Of a DNA stretch of 64,000 bases, positions 27,010 to 39,845 are shown piece by piece. The DNA comes from Neoechinorhynchus agilis (taxonomy: Eukaryota; Animalia; Acanthocephala). Numbering within the stretch: the stretch's first letter is position 1; the number at the start of each line of letters is the position of its first letter. Both the position numbers and the translations under genes were made by a program. Where the stretch lies: positions 1,026,797 to 1,090,796 of the forward strand of contig CM121342.1 of assembly GCA_051530055.1 (NCBI GenBank), given 5' to 3'. Below the pieces are notes generated by a model, which ran no database searches, was not told the DNA's origin, and was given only the letters and a program-made list of their open reading frames with translations.

Positions 27010-27995
27010 TTATCACAGGGCGAACCTAACATGGGGACCACCACACTGGTCAAGTCACAAACCGATGAGGTATAAAATCTCGGTGGTCACTTCGTACTTC
27101 CGAAGAGCTTCTCTTATTTCATCCACTCGATTGGCGTGGAGTAAAGAAAGGGAGAAGATAGCGCCGAAGCTAAAAATGATGGGATATCCCAAATGGATTA
27201 TAGACCGCGGAATCAGAGGCAGTAACTACCATCCACTATCTCATCTACTCGATTTGCATGGAGTAGAGAAAGGGAAAGAACAATACAGGAGCTGAAAATA
27301 AGGGGATATCCCAAATGGATTATAGACCGGGGAATCCGAGGCTGTAACTATCATCCGCAAAACAACAAAAAATCTTCTGCAGAACCTGTATGCTTCGAAA
27401 GAGTGAACTTCATTGATGATGAAACAAATCAAAATATCTACTCCATTATGAGTAAGAAGGCTGGAACTCGTCTCTATAACAATAAAGGAATCGCCCTCAG
27501 ATGCACATTCAAGAGGAAGAGTAAAACTGAGCCGATGCATGGGTTTTACAGAATGCACTGTGAACAGTGTGATAAAGTCTACATCGGACAAACGATGAAG
27601 GGCATTAAGATGAGGGTCTCGCAACACAAGCAAGCTTGCATTCGATTTCAGCATTCTTCGGCAATCTCAAATCATCAAGAGACTTTTAAGCATCGCGCTG
27701 ATTTTAATGGCACCTACTTTATAGAAATAGAGCAAAACTTAAAAAGACGGCTTGCTTTGGAGGCCTTACACGTCGCTGCGTCAAACACAATGGAGGGAAA
27801 TAAAGCTAATTTTAGCTTGAAACTTCCAACCAGCGACGTGTTAAAAATCAATGCTAAAATCATGGAAAAAACGTAGTGGTCCCGAACTTCGAGTTTGGCA
27901 ATCCCGCGCACTTGAGCTTAAAACCTTAATGTGCAAAACTCGTTTTTAGATGACTGATGAGGCGAGGTTACCTCGCGAAATATTTCCAATAAATC
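27010..27995 (+). mobile_element. Inverted Penelope 3' segment (pLTR-like) with GIY-YIG endonuclease
   Basis: 27010-27480 is the inverted homologue of 25420-25790; ORF 27403..27876 has GFYRMHCEQCDKVYIGQT..RVSQH and LEALH; head-to-head layout is typical of PLEs. Confidence 0.88.
27948..27990 (+). ncRNA. Minimal type I hammerhead motif after the GIY-YIG ORF (stem I eroded)
   Basis: CTGATGAG GCGAGG TTA CCTCGC GAAATATTTC; perfect 6 bp stem II and palindromic stem III. Confidence 0.55.
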
Positions 27996-27999
27996 AAAA

Positions 28000-28560
28000 T
28001 CGAATAGGTAATGACCGGGAGTATGTTCACCAAAATTATACTTTGACTTACCCGAAGGATTTTCTATCGATGGTTTCCTGTTATATCGGATCTTAAGGAT
28101 CAGTTTTTCTTCATATCGATTCCGCGAAGGATCAGCTTTCCGTTGGAACTGCATGGATCTCTTTATGTGTATATAAATTATCAGCATTTTTTCCCGAAAT
28201 GCCCCGCTATAAAGTTTGTAATCTAATGACATAAAATCGAGAGAATATCTCGATCAAATCGTGCTTTATAATAACCACATAAATTTGTTTTTACAGTTTT
28301 TTTGCGACGTATGATTTGGAGGTCTTCGCCCGTTTTCGAGTTGCTTCGGATGCGAGATCCAGCTCCTTTATTGTCTGATCCTGAATCAAATGAATTTCGC
28401 AATCTTCTTTTGTGGTTGTTTTAGACATTAAGCTGGAAAGTGTGTCACCAAGTTGGTTGTTTTCCCCTTTTATGAACTCGAATTCATAATTATATTGAGA
28501 TAATTCGATCCCCCGTCGATACAAAAGCTGATTAAACACTTTCGACACATTCCGGTTTAC
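28000..28560 (-). mobile_element. Gypsy pol fragment (RNase H end / linker)
   Basis: RRGIELSQYNYEFEFIKGENNQLGDTLS resembles the RW.LELSEY..IKGKENVVADALS motif. Confidence 0.65.
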
Positions 28561-30366
28561 ACCGAAAAGTAAATTTCATCGGCATATGGTCGCGGTAGCG
28601 CTAAAATCGCATAAACTTTTGTAGCACTCGGCGGTAGGCGGGATGACTAGCACTCATCTGTAACTGCATGCGCGGCGCTTGGGTTCGGAATCGGGTTTAA
28701 TTCGGAAAAAGTCAACCAATCCCAAGAAATCCCACTCCGTTTGTCTTTTCCGCAATTACCATTGGAGCTGCCTATTCGATAGGACAATTCCGTGCTTCAA
28801 CCGTTTCGAGAATGTTTGCCTCAACTTGTCGTTGTATTCCCTGCTCAATCTTTTCTTTTAATTCGAGAGGAATTCCTCTACTTTTATGACATCTTGTAAT
28901 TGCATATCGAGACACTCCGCATTTTAAAGCAATGAATCGAGTTGCAATTAAAATTAAAAAGGAATTTCAGCTCCGAAAGATCCAAGAAAACATGCAATGT
29001 CACTGCGGAGAACGTGGTTCGAAAAGAAAAAAGAGACTTCATTAAAAGGACAAAGAACCGATCGATGAAAGGAGTCCGGGGATGTGAAATCAGATAGTGA
29101 TTCAAGCATAGACAGCACGAATCCAGAAGTTTCCCGGGAGATCGATAGAAAAATTCAATCCAATTGTTCAGAATTTTTAGCTCTTCAACAAAGACTTCAG
29201 AAATCTATTAGACAATCAGCGAATGGCTAAGAGCGTTGAACTAGTTTATTCGAGATGGTATCGTGCCAGATGAGTCGGAATGAAGCAACAGAATCCCGAC
29301 TAATCAATATTCTTTACGAGATGGCAAATAACGAGTCGAATGCTCCACTAATCGTCATGATCGGAAAATAAGATCGAAGATCACCGAGTTTTTTACGTGC
29401 CCCGTTGCTGAGGTTTCTAAAAAGAGATAGATTGACTGACTAAAAAGCTTGCCAAGGAACTATTTCGAAAAATATATCCTGAAAACCGTCAGATGTTATC
29501 GAAGCTTTCCGTTGCAAACACGCTGGCGTCAATTTAAACATTGACGATGAACGGAAATTAAATAAGGAATACTTTTCTTTATTTGAGGAGTTAAAGTAAA
29601 AGAAATTTTTCTCTAGCATCTATGTCGGATCAGCTGCCTTCACCATCGTTCAACATTTTAAGCACCACTAATTTTATCAATAAATTAAGTTCCAACTTTT
29701 GCTGCTGGAGTTAAAAACAATTCCATAAGCGAGATGTCTTTTAAACTGTTGAAAGGAGCGCTCCTTCCACTTGTATGATTTTCAAATCATTCGATTATGA
29801 TGACCGTTACTGTCGCTTTAGTCTTGTCCGAGGGGCAAAGCCACATATTCAATTATAGAGAATAAATAAACTTACGAAATTTTCGAGAATAATGACATTT
29901 AAATTCGGTTTAAAAATTAATTTCTACGGAATTTTCCCCAAAGGTATTTATGCGCTTAGAAATTCAACAAAAACTTAAAGTCGTTGACGCAATTTTATTG
30001 CACATTTGAGGATGTGTAGACTGTAAGCACTTTTTTACAAATACATTTAAATTTCTGCACTTCATCATCAATCTACTCGTTGGCTATGATAGCTGCCGCA
30101 TAAAAGTGTTTTAAAAGTTTCAAACGAAGCCACATCACATTTTCTTTAATCGAAAAACTTTCGTCGAATTGCCTGAATGGTTTTGTGAGCTTGAGTTTTC
30201 ATCACTCACTAAAATTAAATCTACGAAAAAGAGAGGAACTTTTTACAGTCGACGCTAAAATGCGAAGCCTCGATTAGATCGAATTTCCTGAGTTAGGACA
30301 AAGTTTCTGATTGATGGAGTCTAGAACATCCAGAGCGGTAGTGTGAATGATTTCTGCTCCGAGATT

Positions 30367-31400
30367 CTAAAGGCTATGAAAGGAAATTATGAACACACTT
30401 CGTGAATGAAATTCAAAACATGTAAACTCTTTTCTAGGCAAAACTTGACTTATGAACTGCATCGTTTTTACATCAATGAGCTGCTCTTCTTCATTTGTAA
30501 GGTTTGTAGCTTCATTGCTTCCACATGAATAGCTGGCCCATCCATATTCATTACCTCCTACAGTTGGAAAGTAATGTTGCAATGCTAACTGCAGTTGTGT
30601 CAAAGTGTACAGAATTTCGAGGGTGATTTCTTTATTGGAAGCATATTCATTGTAAGTAAGAAAGTAGTCGAAGATTAAATTCGAGATTTTGCTTTGCCAC
30701 GACGACGATGATTTTTCATCAAATGACTTTAGTTTTGAGAATGCAATGATGTCCTTAATTTGCCGAACAAATTTTAGAGAAATTCATCTTAAGTCACTAG
30801 ATCTCGTTATTAATAGAAACTCGAAGGTATTTTTGTTCAGTATACAAGATTTAAATCAGCTCAGCCTTGAATTCGGTGACACGCTCTAACACTTTTCCCC
30901 TGGAGAGCCAGCGAACGTTTATTTGTAGTCTGAATTCATTGCTTCACAAAGCTGAAATAAAAAGACGGAACACAAGCGGACGAGATTTGATGAAATTTAC
31001 AGAATAGACACATCAAATCTTTTCGCAGTGATTTAAAGGCAAGATCTTCGCTGTGGATCATGCAATGGACAACTAACACCTTTGGATTATCTTGGCACGC
31101 GAGAGCGACGAATCTATTTCCATTTCCCTGCATTGAAGGACATCCATTGGTGCAAGCGCTGACATGATTTTTCCGCTGTAATTTGAAAAACAAATTTTTT
31201 CGTTCACCGCAGTTTTTTCAAAGTAGTAATTCGTTTACACATTACTCATCCTTTATGAATCGAATAAAAGTTAACAGTTGGACCTTGCTGCTAACGTCGA
31301 CGAACTTATCAACTTGAAGATACCAAGCAGAGACACTTCGTCTAAGTGTTCGTGGATTTGATCTTGCAAATCTGGCGCGAGATAAAGGAACTTTCTCAAC
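30367..31400 (-). mobile_element. hAT (Charlie/Buster-like) transposase relic
   Basis: CTNGCPSMQG..NPKVLVVHCMIHSEDLA resembles CTDGAPSM..HC..HRE.LA; downstream LQHYFP. Confidence 0.75.
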
Positions 31401-32241
31401 TTTTCTGCGGCATCAAGTCCAAGAATAGTTTAAACGACCATTACTAAAGTTTTTGCAATGACTGATTCAGCCCATTTATATGCTTTATTGCGCTTTGTTA
31501 ATAACTGAGAAACTTTACTACTTGCAATCAATCTCTTTTCGGTCAGCTTTAAGTAGTTCATAAGTTTCTTAGCTTATTTATTTTGTTGAGTCCTGATGTT
31601 TTCGAAGTATTCCTTCGGTTGCATTTTCGTATTGCTAAATGTTTTGTTTCCAATTGTATCTTCGATTTGCTTGGAACAAGGGCTCCACTCGACAGTGCTT
31701 TATTGCAGATTAGACAGAATAGCCATAGAGCACCTCCAGGTCCTGACTATATGAAACCACATCCGATCTAATCTTCTTTAAACCTTCTTTTATTTATTTC
31801 TTTTTCATTTAACGCTTTCAAAGTTTCATTCTTGCCAACGTATTTCTCCACAGGTAACAATGAATAATGCCTATTGATAATTTGTTCTTTGTGTAGTTTT
31901 CTGAAAAACCTGTTTAAATTTCAAATATTTGCAGGAACTTCCGCGCCGTTTAAAACCAGTTTAAAGATTGGTCATTGCGAAAAGGGAATATTAATTATTT
32001 GGATATCATCATACAAAAACTAATATCAAAAATTATTTGGAAGAGAATTTGGACGAATGTACTTTCAGTTATTCAAAATTTTACGAAATTCACCTCCCGA
32101 CAGTCACAAAGAGAGAAACTGTTGAATTTAACCGCAAAGAACTAATTATAAAATTCTCAAAACACAAACTAGAAATAAATGGGAAGAGAGGAACCACGAT
32201 CAAATTGAGGTGAATAAAACAACCGAATTCAATCAGAAAAA

Positions 32242-32541
32242 TCACGAACTCACTTTATCTTCACCAAATGCTTCAACTGTTCTCATAATAACAATCGCAT
32301 GATCAAAAAACACACTGCACATTGTACGGATCAATCTTACCTCGTCAGCTGACCAGCGAATATGTACAACGTTTTCGTCTGCCCAAACACTCGTAAGGAC
32401 GTCCGCGCGAGGTTCATCATCGACACTAACCGCATCCACAAACAATTTAGCGTGTTTGGCGCTCAAAAAACGAACACGAATTGTCCCAATGAATTTGTAG
32501 TCCGCCTCCAAACGCGGTCGCTTTCTACTCGCCTTTAGCAT
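32242..32541 (-). CDS. LAGE3: EKC/KEOPS complex subunit Pcc1/LAGE3
   Basis: 99 aa; RVRFLSAKHAKL..VSVDDEP..VHIRWSADEVRLIR..FFDH..MRTVEAFG. Confidence 0.85.
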   Translation of the reverse strand: MLKASRKRPRLEADYKFIGTIRVRFLSAKHAKLFVDAVSVDDEPRADVLTSVWADENVVHIRWSADEVRLIRTMCSVFFDHAIVIMRTVEAFGEDKVSS

Positions 32542-33814
32542 CCTCGTTTGTTTGATTTAATCTGCAATTTACGGTCAGCTTTTTTTCGAAAAATGTACAA
32601 TATTGTTGGTCACAATTTAGTAAGTCTTTTCTTCGATGTTTTTGTCGATTCAAGCGGAAACAATTTGTGTAAAACCCAACATTTTAAGGAGTTCACAAAA
32701 AGTGTGATATTTCTACTGGCAAGCCGGTTCTATTGATCCTGATTTAGGACATCCGGATGAATGCTGCAAACTCTTTATCGTACGTTTTTGAAAGTCTAAG
32801 TAATTCAATCAATTCTGTGATGAAAGAGATCGGTTTGGTTGTATGTCAAGAAGGAAAACTAATAAAGCCGAAGAAGGGATGTCCTAAATCAGCTTATGAA
32901 ACTGTTGATTATTTTTATTGACAAATACTTTGGGCGGGAGTTGTAAAACAATATAAAAGCGTACATTAGTTTGCGCCCGATCCAAAACGGAATAAGTCAA
33001 TCTCCTTCACCCAAATTCAGTGTCTCAAAAACCGACAGCCATGAGTTTTTCACCAGAGAAATTGCCCAACGGTGTAATTTTTGATGCACTGAGCGATGTA
33101 ATATCTTTCTAAACTAAAAAATTATCATCTAACAATTGTCCATTTTAGCTGCATCCAAAGATCTGTAGCGCTATTGGAATATGCGACTGCAATCTTACAC
33201 CAATCAGTTACAAGGAATTGACGGCATCTTCCTTACCCGTCATAGTTTTCGTCAAGGTATTTCTTTAATCGATTCAACCGAGTACTAAATCTCAGAATAG
33301 GCGATTGTGGCCAAGGACGATTGCTGCAACCACGAATGCGTTTGCATAATCAAAATCAGAGTGAACTTGACCAGTCCAGGACAACAATACACTCTCCTTT
33401 CGATAAAATGCAACGTTAAACTAGATGAAGAGATAATTCCGTTCTGAGTTTTACACAACGGATACTAGATTGTTACTTTAGCACCTTATGTGCTAATCAA
33501 TAGACTTAGTAGATAACTTTAGTGCGTGTGTTAGCCGGGTGCAATTTAATATAGAAAACAATGACCATTTCGTGAACCATCGAACACATAAAAACTTACC
33601 CGATATTCAACTTACCAAGGATATAAGTAATTTGAACATTGATTAACTGCGAAAAATGCATATAAGTGATCCAATGATCAGATTCATCTTCTTTAGATTC
33701 AAGAATAAACATAATTTTCCCGGGGAGGGGGCAAATGGTCCCAATTACACGGAAGAATTGAAGAGGATGGATTAAATGGTTTGAACATTCCGGTAGCGAG
33801 CAAACCCTGGTAGA

Positions 33815-34545
33815 GGGAATTCATAACTCTTTAATTTCAGATTCTCGTGACCTGGTGAACCGAACTCGATTGGCGGCAGTCTCTAGTAGAGAATTGGGTG
33901 ATTGACTCAACACAATCCTAATCGCTTCGGTAGGTACCCTTCTCTCTAACGAGACAGTAAGGATCGGAGTGTCCTTGAGACTTGGGATATTGACATCCCA
34001 TCGCTGTCGTTGCGGAGCGACCGTGGAACCATCGGAACCCCATGGTATCGTCTTTCGGCAATCAGGGGAAAGATAATCACGACCCGTCGAGGTGAACGCA
34101 ATTCTTAGTCGTGCCCTGAATACTGTGAATTCGCCCAACATCCTAGAGCCGAGCAATCTTTGCCCACTCGATGGCCGTAGACCGGACGGTGTCACAGTAT
34201 TCCGGGACACCCTTTGCAGCCAGCAAAATAAAATTCGCCGCTGTTAAACCGGTGGAGCAGCAATCGTCGCTGAAGAACGCAAAAAGACAAAATACCGGGA
34301 CTTGGGTCACAATCATTATTTCGTTCTATTTGGCGTCGAAACTATCGGGCCGTTTGGTACCGCGGCGCAAGACCTGGTGAAGCAATTGTCTAAGAGATTG
34401 AGACGAATCACTGGCGATCCGAGATCAGGAGCATTCTTCAAACAAAATATAAGTCTGGTTGTGCAACGGGGGAACGCTGCATCCGTCCTTTCGACCGTTG
34501 CATCAGGACGGCAGCTGAGTGATCCAGAGCGGGGGTGCCGTGCAT
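33815..34545 (+). mobile_element. CRE-like REL non-LTR 3' portion
   Basis: Close DNA match to 10010-10730; FGVETIGPFG..GDPRSGAFFKQNISLVVQRGNAASV. Confidence 0.88.
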
Positions 34546-34824
34546 GTTTATATTCTCTTTTTGCTGAGAAAAAATCGATGGCCCAATCGCGTTTTTCTTC
34601 ACTTTTCGTGATATCACTAATAAATGTCACTTCGCTAAAATTTGTAATTAGAAAGTGGAATTTTCTTTTTTAACGGCTTTAAAGGTTCAATGGACCAAGC
34701 ACTTTTTAAAAGTACGATTTTCGTTTGCTCTATGAACCAATTTTCAAAGTTTACATGATCATTTTTGCTCAACTTTTTTAACTTTTGAAATTTGATGGCA
34801 CAATCGCGTTTTTCGGCTCTTTAG

Positions 34825-35633
34825 ATGGTCGATCAAATCAATGATATTTCCGAGGAAGACTTTGAAGATAAAGCAGCAATTAATGACTTTGTCTACGAGT
34901 CAATAATGAGAGAGAAGGAAGTTGATAGGGCGAAGTTTGCAAGTCATTGGATGCGGGATGAAGAGAATCTCGATAAGCGATGCATGAGAGATTTGGTTTA
35001 GCACGTGTTGAATTTCTTTTCAAAAACATTGTTCTTGAAATATTCTCATGCATCTGCTGTACATGGACTACAGCGGAAATCAAAAGTGATATTAGAAAGC
35101 AATTTCTTGAGGCTGCTCGTACGAACGATCTCGTTAAGATCAAGGAATTATTAAAGAAGACGGATAAACCAGAAGATCTCTTAAGTGCAACCGATGATCA
35201 AGGCTATAGCTCCCTTCATCGAGCAGCGAGTGAAGACTCCATTTTAGTTGCGGAGTATCTAATCGATAAAATGAAAGATAGACTGGATGATCGGACAAAT
35301 GATGGCTGGACTCCTTTGCATTGTGCCAGTATTTGGAACCACGCTGAGATCGTTAGCATGCTACTAAATGCTGGGGCCGACGTTAATGCACTAACCAATG
35401 GTCATTTATCAGCTTTTCATCTAGCATGTAATCAATCTGACAATATAGAGGTTATTTCTTTACTGTTAATGCATCCATTATTGAAGACGAACAATAAAAG
35501 TAACGCTGGTGATACTGGTAAAGACTTGGGAATTAGGCATACTCAACATGGCGATCTTTTCGATGAAATATTTGATGATTCGTTGTATATTTCAATGTTA
35601 AATGTAGAAGACGAAGAAAATCTGTGTGATTAA
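34825..35633 (+). CDS. ANKRD49: Ankyrin repeat protein, ANKRD49-like; join(34825..34974,35061..35633), 240 aa
   Basis: Acidic N-terminal exon with KFASHW (58-codon ORF, below the track cutoff); ankyrin repeats GYSSLHRAA, GWTPLHCAS, HLSAFHLAC; removing 86 nt joins the frames. Confidence 0.75.
34975..35060 (+). other. T|A...T|A hairpin intervening sequence (86 nt)
   Basis: GAT|AAGC...GCTGT|ACA; perfect 11 bp inverted repeat GATGCATGAGA/TCTCATGCATC; contains an in-frame TAG. Confidence 0.8.
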
Positions 35634-35889
35634 GCAAATGGAAGTATTAAATTTATAAAATGATGAACATTCCAAAATTGTGGGGAATTACTGACTCCGG
35701 ATTTTAAAGGACTTATCATCTAATTTTTTTTATAAAGCTGCGCCATAGGGCGACTTTTAATAATCCTGTACCGATTCAACAAGAAAGGCAGGAAATTAGA
35801 ACGCTTTTATTCTTTAATGATAGTTTGTTTATTATCTTGACTGGATTTTAGTTCTAAGCACATTTCTATTTCTCCCTTTAAATACTAGT

Positions 35890-37080
35890 GCTTGAGTGAG
35901 GAGGGAATCCGTCGATAAACTGAGAGAGATCAACGTCTCTGAAAAATGCAAAATCTTTACAATGGATATTGTTTCCCTCTATAACAATGTCTGCGTTGAG
36001 GGTGCCATAAGTGCGGCGACCCACACCCTTCCGGTTATTCAGGGAATCGATCCCAAAATGCACCTAAAGAATCTGCTTGAGTTGGCTTGCGTTGCAAGCT
36101 TCGAGTTCGACAAAAAGTATTATCTTCAAAAGTGGGGATGTAGCCATGGGCCCACCTATTGCCCCAGTTCAAGCTAATCTCTTCAGGGATCACTAGAAAA
36201 AAGCGCAATGGAATCATTTGCGATTAAACCGGTTATCAACAAAAGATACGTATATGATATATTCGTGATTTGGCTCGGTGACGAACAGACTGCTAATGAG
36301 TTCATGGAACATCACAGCCGCTAAAAAAATCGAATCAAATTAACTATGAATAGGTCCGATGAAAATGGAAGGTTACCGTTTCTAGATGTATTAATTCAAA
36401 AAAATCAAACACGGATTACTACATCGGTTTACAGAAAGCCGGCCCAAAAAATAATTATATACTTTGGAATAGTGCTCATTGTAAAAGCGCAAAAGTTGGT
36501 ATATTCAAAACTTTCTGCAGTGAGGAGTGCCTCGGTGACGAAATCCAACAGTTGAAACGATTTTTTTATCAAGTTGAGGAACCCTAAAGATGTTCTTGCT
36601 TCAGCGCGAGAGCACGTAAACCGTGCGAGGCGGTCAGCCGTTAAAATGGCAATTTTATTTTCGATTCTCCATGAAGATAGGAAACCTCACTTCTCGGAAA
36701 TACCAGGAAGTAGAAAAGAGGGCTGTATTCTGCAAAGTTTCTTGTAGTCAATGGAACAGCAATTACATAGGACAAACAGGCCGGAAACTGAAGACGAGAT
36801 TGGCGGTACGTAAGCGGTTCAAGACGCAAAAGGTGATATCGTCCAATGTCGCGCAGAACGAGGTTCCAACTGGCCACGTTTTCAATTGCGATCAAACATT
36901 GGTTTTAACAAGTCAACATAATAACTTTCTGCGCTTAATTAAAGAAGCTCTCTTAATCAAGGAAATAAAACGGATATGAACGATCAACGAACTTAAAAAC
37001 TACGCCTTCATGACGAACAAAATGTGACAATACAATGAGATATAGGCGCATGTAAGGGCAGAATAACCATTTTACCTATC
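35890..37080 (+). mobile_element. Degenerate Penelope-like element (RT plus GIY-YIG)
   Basis: IFTMDIVSLYNNV, RYVYDIF (YVDD-like), LPFLDVLI, CKVSCSQWNSNYIGQTGRKLKTRL. Confidence 0.88.
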
Positions 37081-37767
37081 GTTCTTTAGAACTAATGATG
37101 AAATCGGCGAGGTTCTAAGCGTATTTAACAAAAAATAATTTACCGGGTGGCGACCTAAACAATACTTCTAATCATATACCGCGGTACTCCTAACATATCG
37201 ACATTATTTAGAACCGCATTTTTCAGTTCTTCAATTTTAAAACTGTTCTTAGTTTTTCAGCACTGCAATTCTAACATCGCCTTCTTTTTTTGTAAATTTT
37301 TACCTAAGGCTAATAAATTGGTAAGAATATTTTATTTCGAATGTCACCGGGCGGTGTTGTGAAACTCATGATGCATAGTAACGGATGCTTGAATTTAAAA
37401 TGGTAGTCTACTCGTTTAATTATCCGCTTATCAACTACATAAAACAAGCTCTTAATAAGATTTTCGATCTGACGAGTTTTCACCACCTACATTTGAAAAG
37501 TATTAGTGATTCCAAAGTACTCGTCTGGGAAGTAATGTTCATTTCCTTAGGTGAACAATGCACTTGTGTACCGAAATTAAAAGTCATTGTTTTAGATATC
37601 CTCGAAATTTCAAAGCGCTCATTTTCTTTGATGAAAGCAAGGTTTATGTGCTCCTAAGAGCACCCGTACGTCTTCAGCATCAAAAGTATCTGAAAACTTT
37701 TAAAAATGAAAAAGTTAGGTTTTGCGTATCATCCGTCATGCTTTTAACTTTCTTAAATATTTTAGAT

Positions 37768-38121
37768 ATGGCGACGGCCTTGAACGTTACCCGCTACGTC
37801 CTTGCATTCATAACCGCGCCGTCTCAATCGTGTGCTGCTCAAATTGCCGAAAAACTTGTTACGGACAGATTAGCTGCCTGCGTGAACATCGTGCCAGGCG
37901 TTGAGAGTGTATACCATTGGGATGGAAAGATTGAGAAAAGTCAAGAGGTCTTAATGGTGGTAAAGACAAAGTCAGAAATGGCGGATAACCTGAGAGAAGT
38001 TGTCAATTCTCTACATCCCTATGACACATGCGAAATAATATTCTCTAACATTGACGATCGCCTGTCTGATCAAAAGTATTTGCGATGGATTGACGATTCC
38101 GTTCGACATTTAAACGAATAA
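37768..38121 (+). CDS. CUTA: CutA divalent cation tolerance protein, 117 aa, uninterrupted
   Basis: AFITAPS..IAEKLVTDRLAACVNIVPGVESVYHWDGKIEKSQEVLMVVKT..HPYD; start placed at ATG 37768 after TTTTAG. Confidence 0.92.
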   Translation: MATALNVTRYVLAFITAPSQSCAAQIAEKLVTDRLAACVNIVPGVESVYHWDGKIEKSQEVLMVVKTKSEMADNLREVVNSLHPYDTCEIIFSNIDDRLSDQKYLRWIDDSVRHLNE

Positions 38122-38171
38122 AAATTGGGTTTTTTTTAAAAACAAAACGATATGTACACGCAATTTCACAA

Positions 38172-38528
38172 TCATCTTCTCCATAAACGAGAAGACCGTA
38201 ATCGTCTAAATGCTTTGGTATAGATATTGGGCCTTTCGAAGTCTTGTTCGTAGAGCATCATTGCTCCTGTGTAAACGAGTGGCGGAAAGTTAACTTTCCC
38301 ATGTTGTCCGAGAAGAAGTTCATTTTTCTCGTTTAAATTAATTGAATCTTTCCGAAAGAGCATATTATATCGCGGCTTTAAGATTGATTCCTGGAGTATT
38401 CTCTCTTTAGTCACGCGATCAGGTATCGGGGGCGCGTAGTATTTCACTGAACGGTACTGCTTAAATGAACCATTGAATAAAATAGGTGCATTTGGTATAA
38501 GATTCCGTTTTCCTACATATCGGAACAT
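38172..38528 (-). CDS. Hypothetical basic protein, 118 aa
   Basis: ORF lies tail-to-tail with CutA, 50 bp apart; AG|ATG start context; family not recognised. Confidence 0.5.
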   Translation of the reverse strand: MFRYVGKRNLIPNAPILFNGSFKQYRSVKYYAPPIPDRVTKERILQESILKPRYNMLFRKDSINLNEKNELLLGQHGKVNFPPLVYTGAMMLYEQDFERPNIYTKAFRRLRSSRLWRR

Positions 38529-38959
38529 CTCGATTATTTGAATTTTCCTGGAGTATGAAGATGAGAGCTGAACAACGAATGCTTGAAGTACGATCGCTCT
38601 TGGGGGTAGTAGTAAAAAAGTTCAAGACCGTGACTATGACCAAACGTAGGACGGTGTCAAAGTTCAGAACTGGAAAATTTTACTGTCTGGTCAAACTGTG
38701 AAATTATCCTGGCTGATTCGCTGAGTACTACTGTGTTTATATAAAAATATATTGGCTTCGCTCTTGTGTTGAGTGCCTTTCATGGTTTGAAACTCGCAGT
38801 TTCAGGCGTTTTAATAACTTTTTTTGCGAAAAGTGATGCCGTTTTCACCCTCCGACTCTAAGTGCCGTTAAAAACGACTTAGAAAGTGTTATGCTGTAAG
38901 CAAAGTAAGTCATAATTTCACCACGTTGTAGATATTATCGGTCGTTTTTGACATTTGCT

Positions 38960-39520
38960 TCATTCACCCAACCTCAGTCCCCACCAGAACGGACCATACA
39001 ACCCGACCGAATTTGCCCACACGAAAAGACTTCCTCCGGCCGGATTTGCCCATAAGAACGCGCTCCCCCTACCGGATATTCCCACCTGAACGGACTCCCC
39101 GCGACAGAATAGTCCCACCAGAACGGAATTCCCTCGACCGGATGTTCCCACCCGAACGTACTTCCCCCGACCGGATTTGCCCACCCGAACGGACATTCCT
39201 TTGCCGAATAGTCCACCACAACGGACTCCCCGCGACCGAATAGTCCCACCTGAACGGACTCCACCGATCGGATATTCCCACCTGAACGGATTTTCCCCGA
39301 AAGGATGGATATTCCCGCCAGAACGGACATTCCTTTGAAGAATAGTCCCACCAAAACGGACTGCTCGGACCGGATTTGCACACCTGAACGGACTCCACCG
39401 ATCGGATATTCCCACCTGAACGGATTTTCCCCGACCGGATAGATATTCCCACCCGAACGGACTCCATCGACCGGATATTCTCACCTGAACGGATTTTCCA
39501 CGACCGGATTTGCCCACCCA
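38960..39520. repeat. GC-rich minisatellite array of ~20 bp variant units
   Basis: Recurrent GGATATTCCCACCTGAACGGA / CCGGATTTGCCC / GAATAGTCCCACC units; related pieces at ~2270 and ~63090. Confidence 0.85.
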
Positions 39521-39845
39521 AAGGGACTTACAATTGAATTATGATTGAAGATATAATACGGACCGTCATGCCAAGGTTTACTTCTAAATTTTTTTGTGAG
39601 TGTTTTGAACGAATTTCGATAACAAGCTATAGAAAAAATACTCCCGAAAATAGGTCGACGCGCTCCAAATTGTCTTCATCAAGGAAGCAAAAAAAATCGT
39701 AAATTGATAAGACACGTCGCGACTACAGAATGCGTCGTTTTTAAAAGTTAAACGTGTGGACGGAATAAAAACAAACGAAGTCATCAATTCATGACGAAGA
39801 GACTTATCTCGGCGCACTACTGCATCCGGAATTAGGCTCAAATTT

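Noticed and set aside
29150-29560. Possible Rab/Ras-like pseudogene (G*ER, LIVMIGK*D)
   Set aside because: Motifs are too eroded and spread across frames to support a call.
37558-37767. N-terminal extension of CutA in the ORF track
   Set aside because: AT-rich, non-homologous sequence; the likely start is ATG 37768 after TTTTAG.
38960-39520. Overlapping ORFs of 135-185 aa, or a CRISPR-like array
   Set aside because: The ORFs come from a stop-poor minisatellite; there are no unique spacers and the context is eukaryotic.
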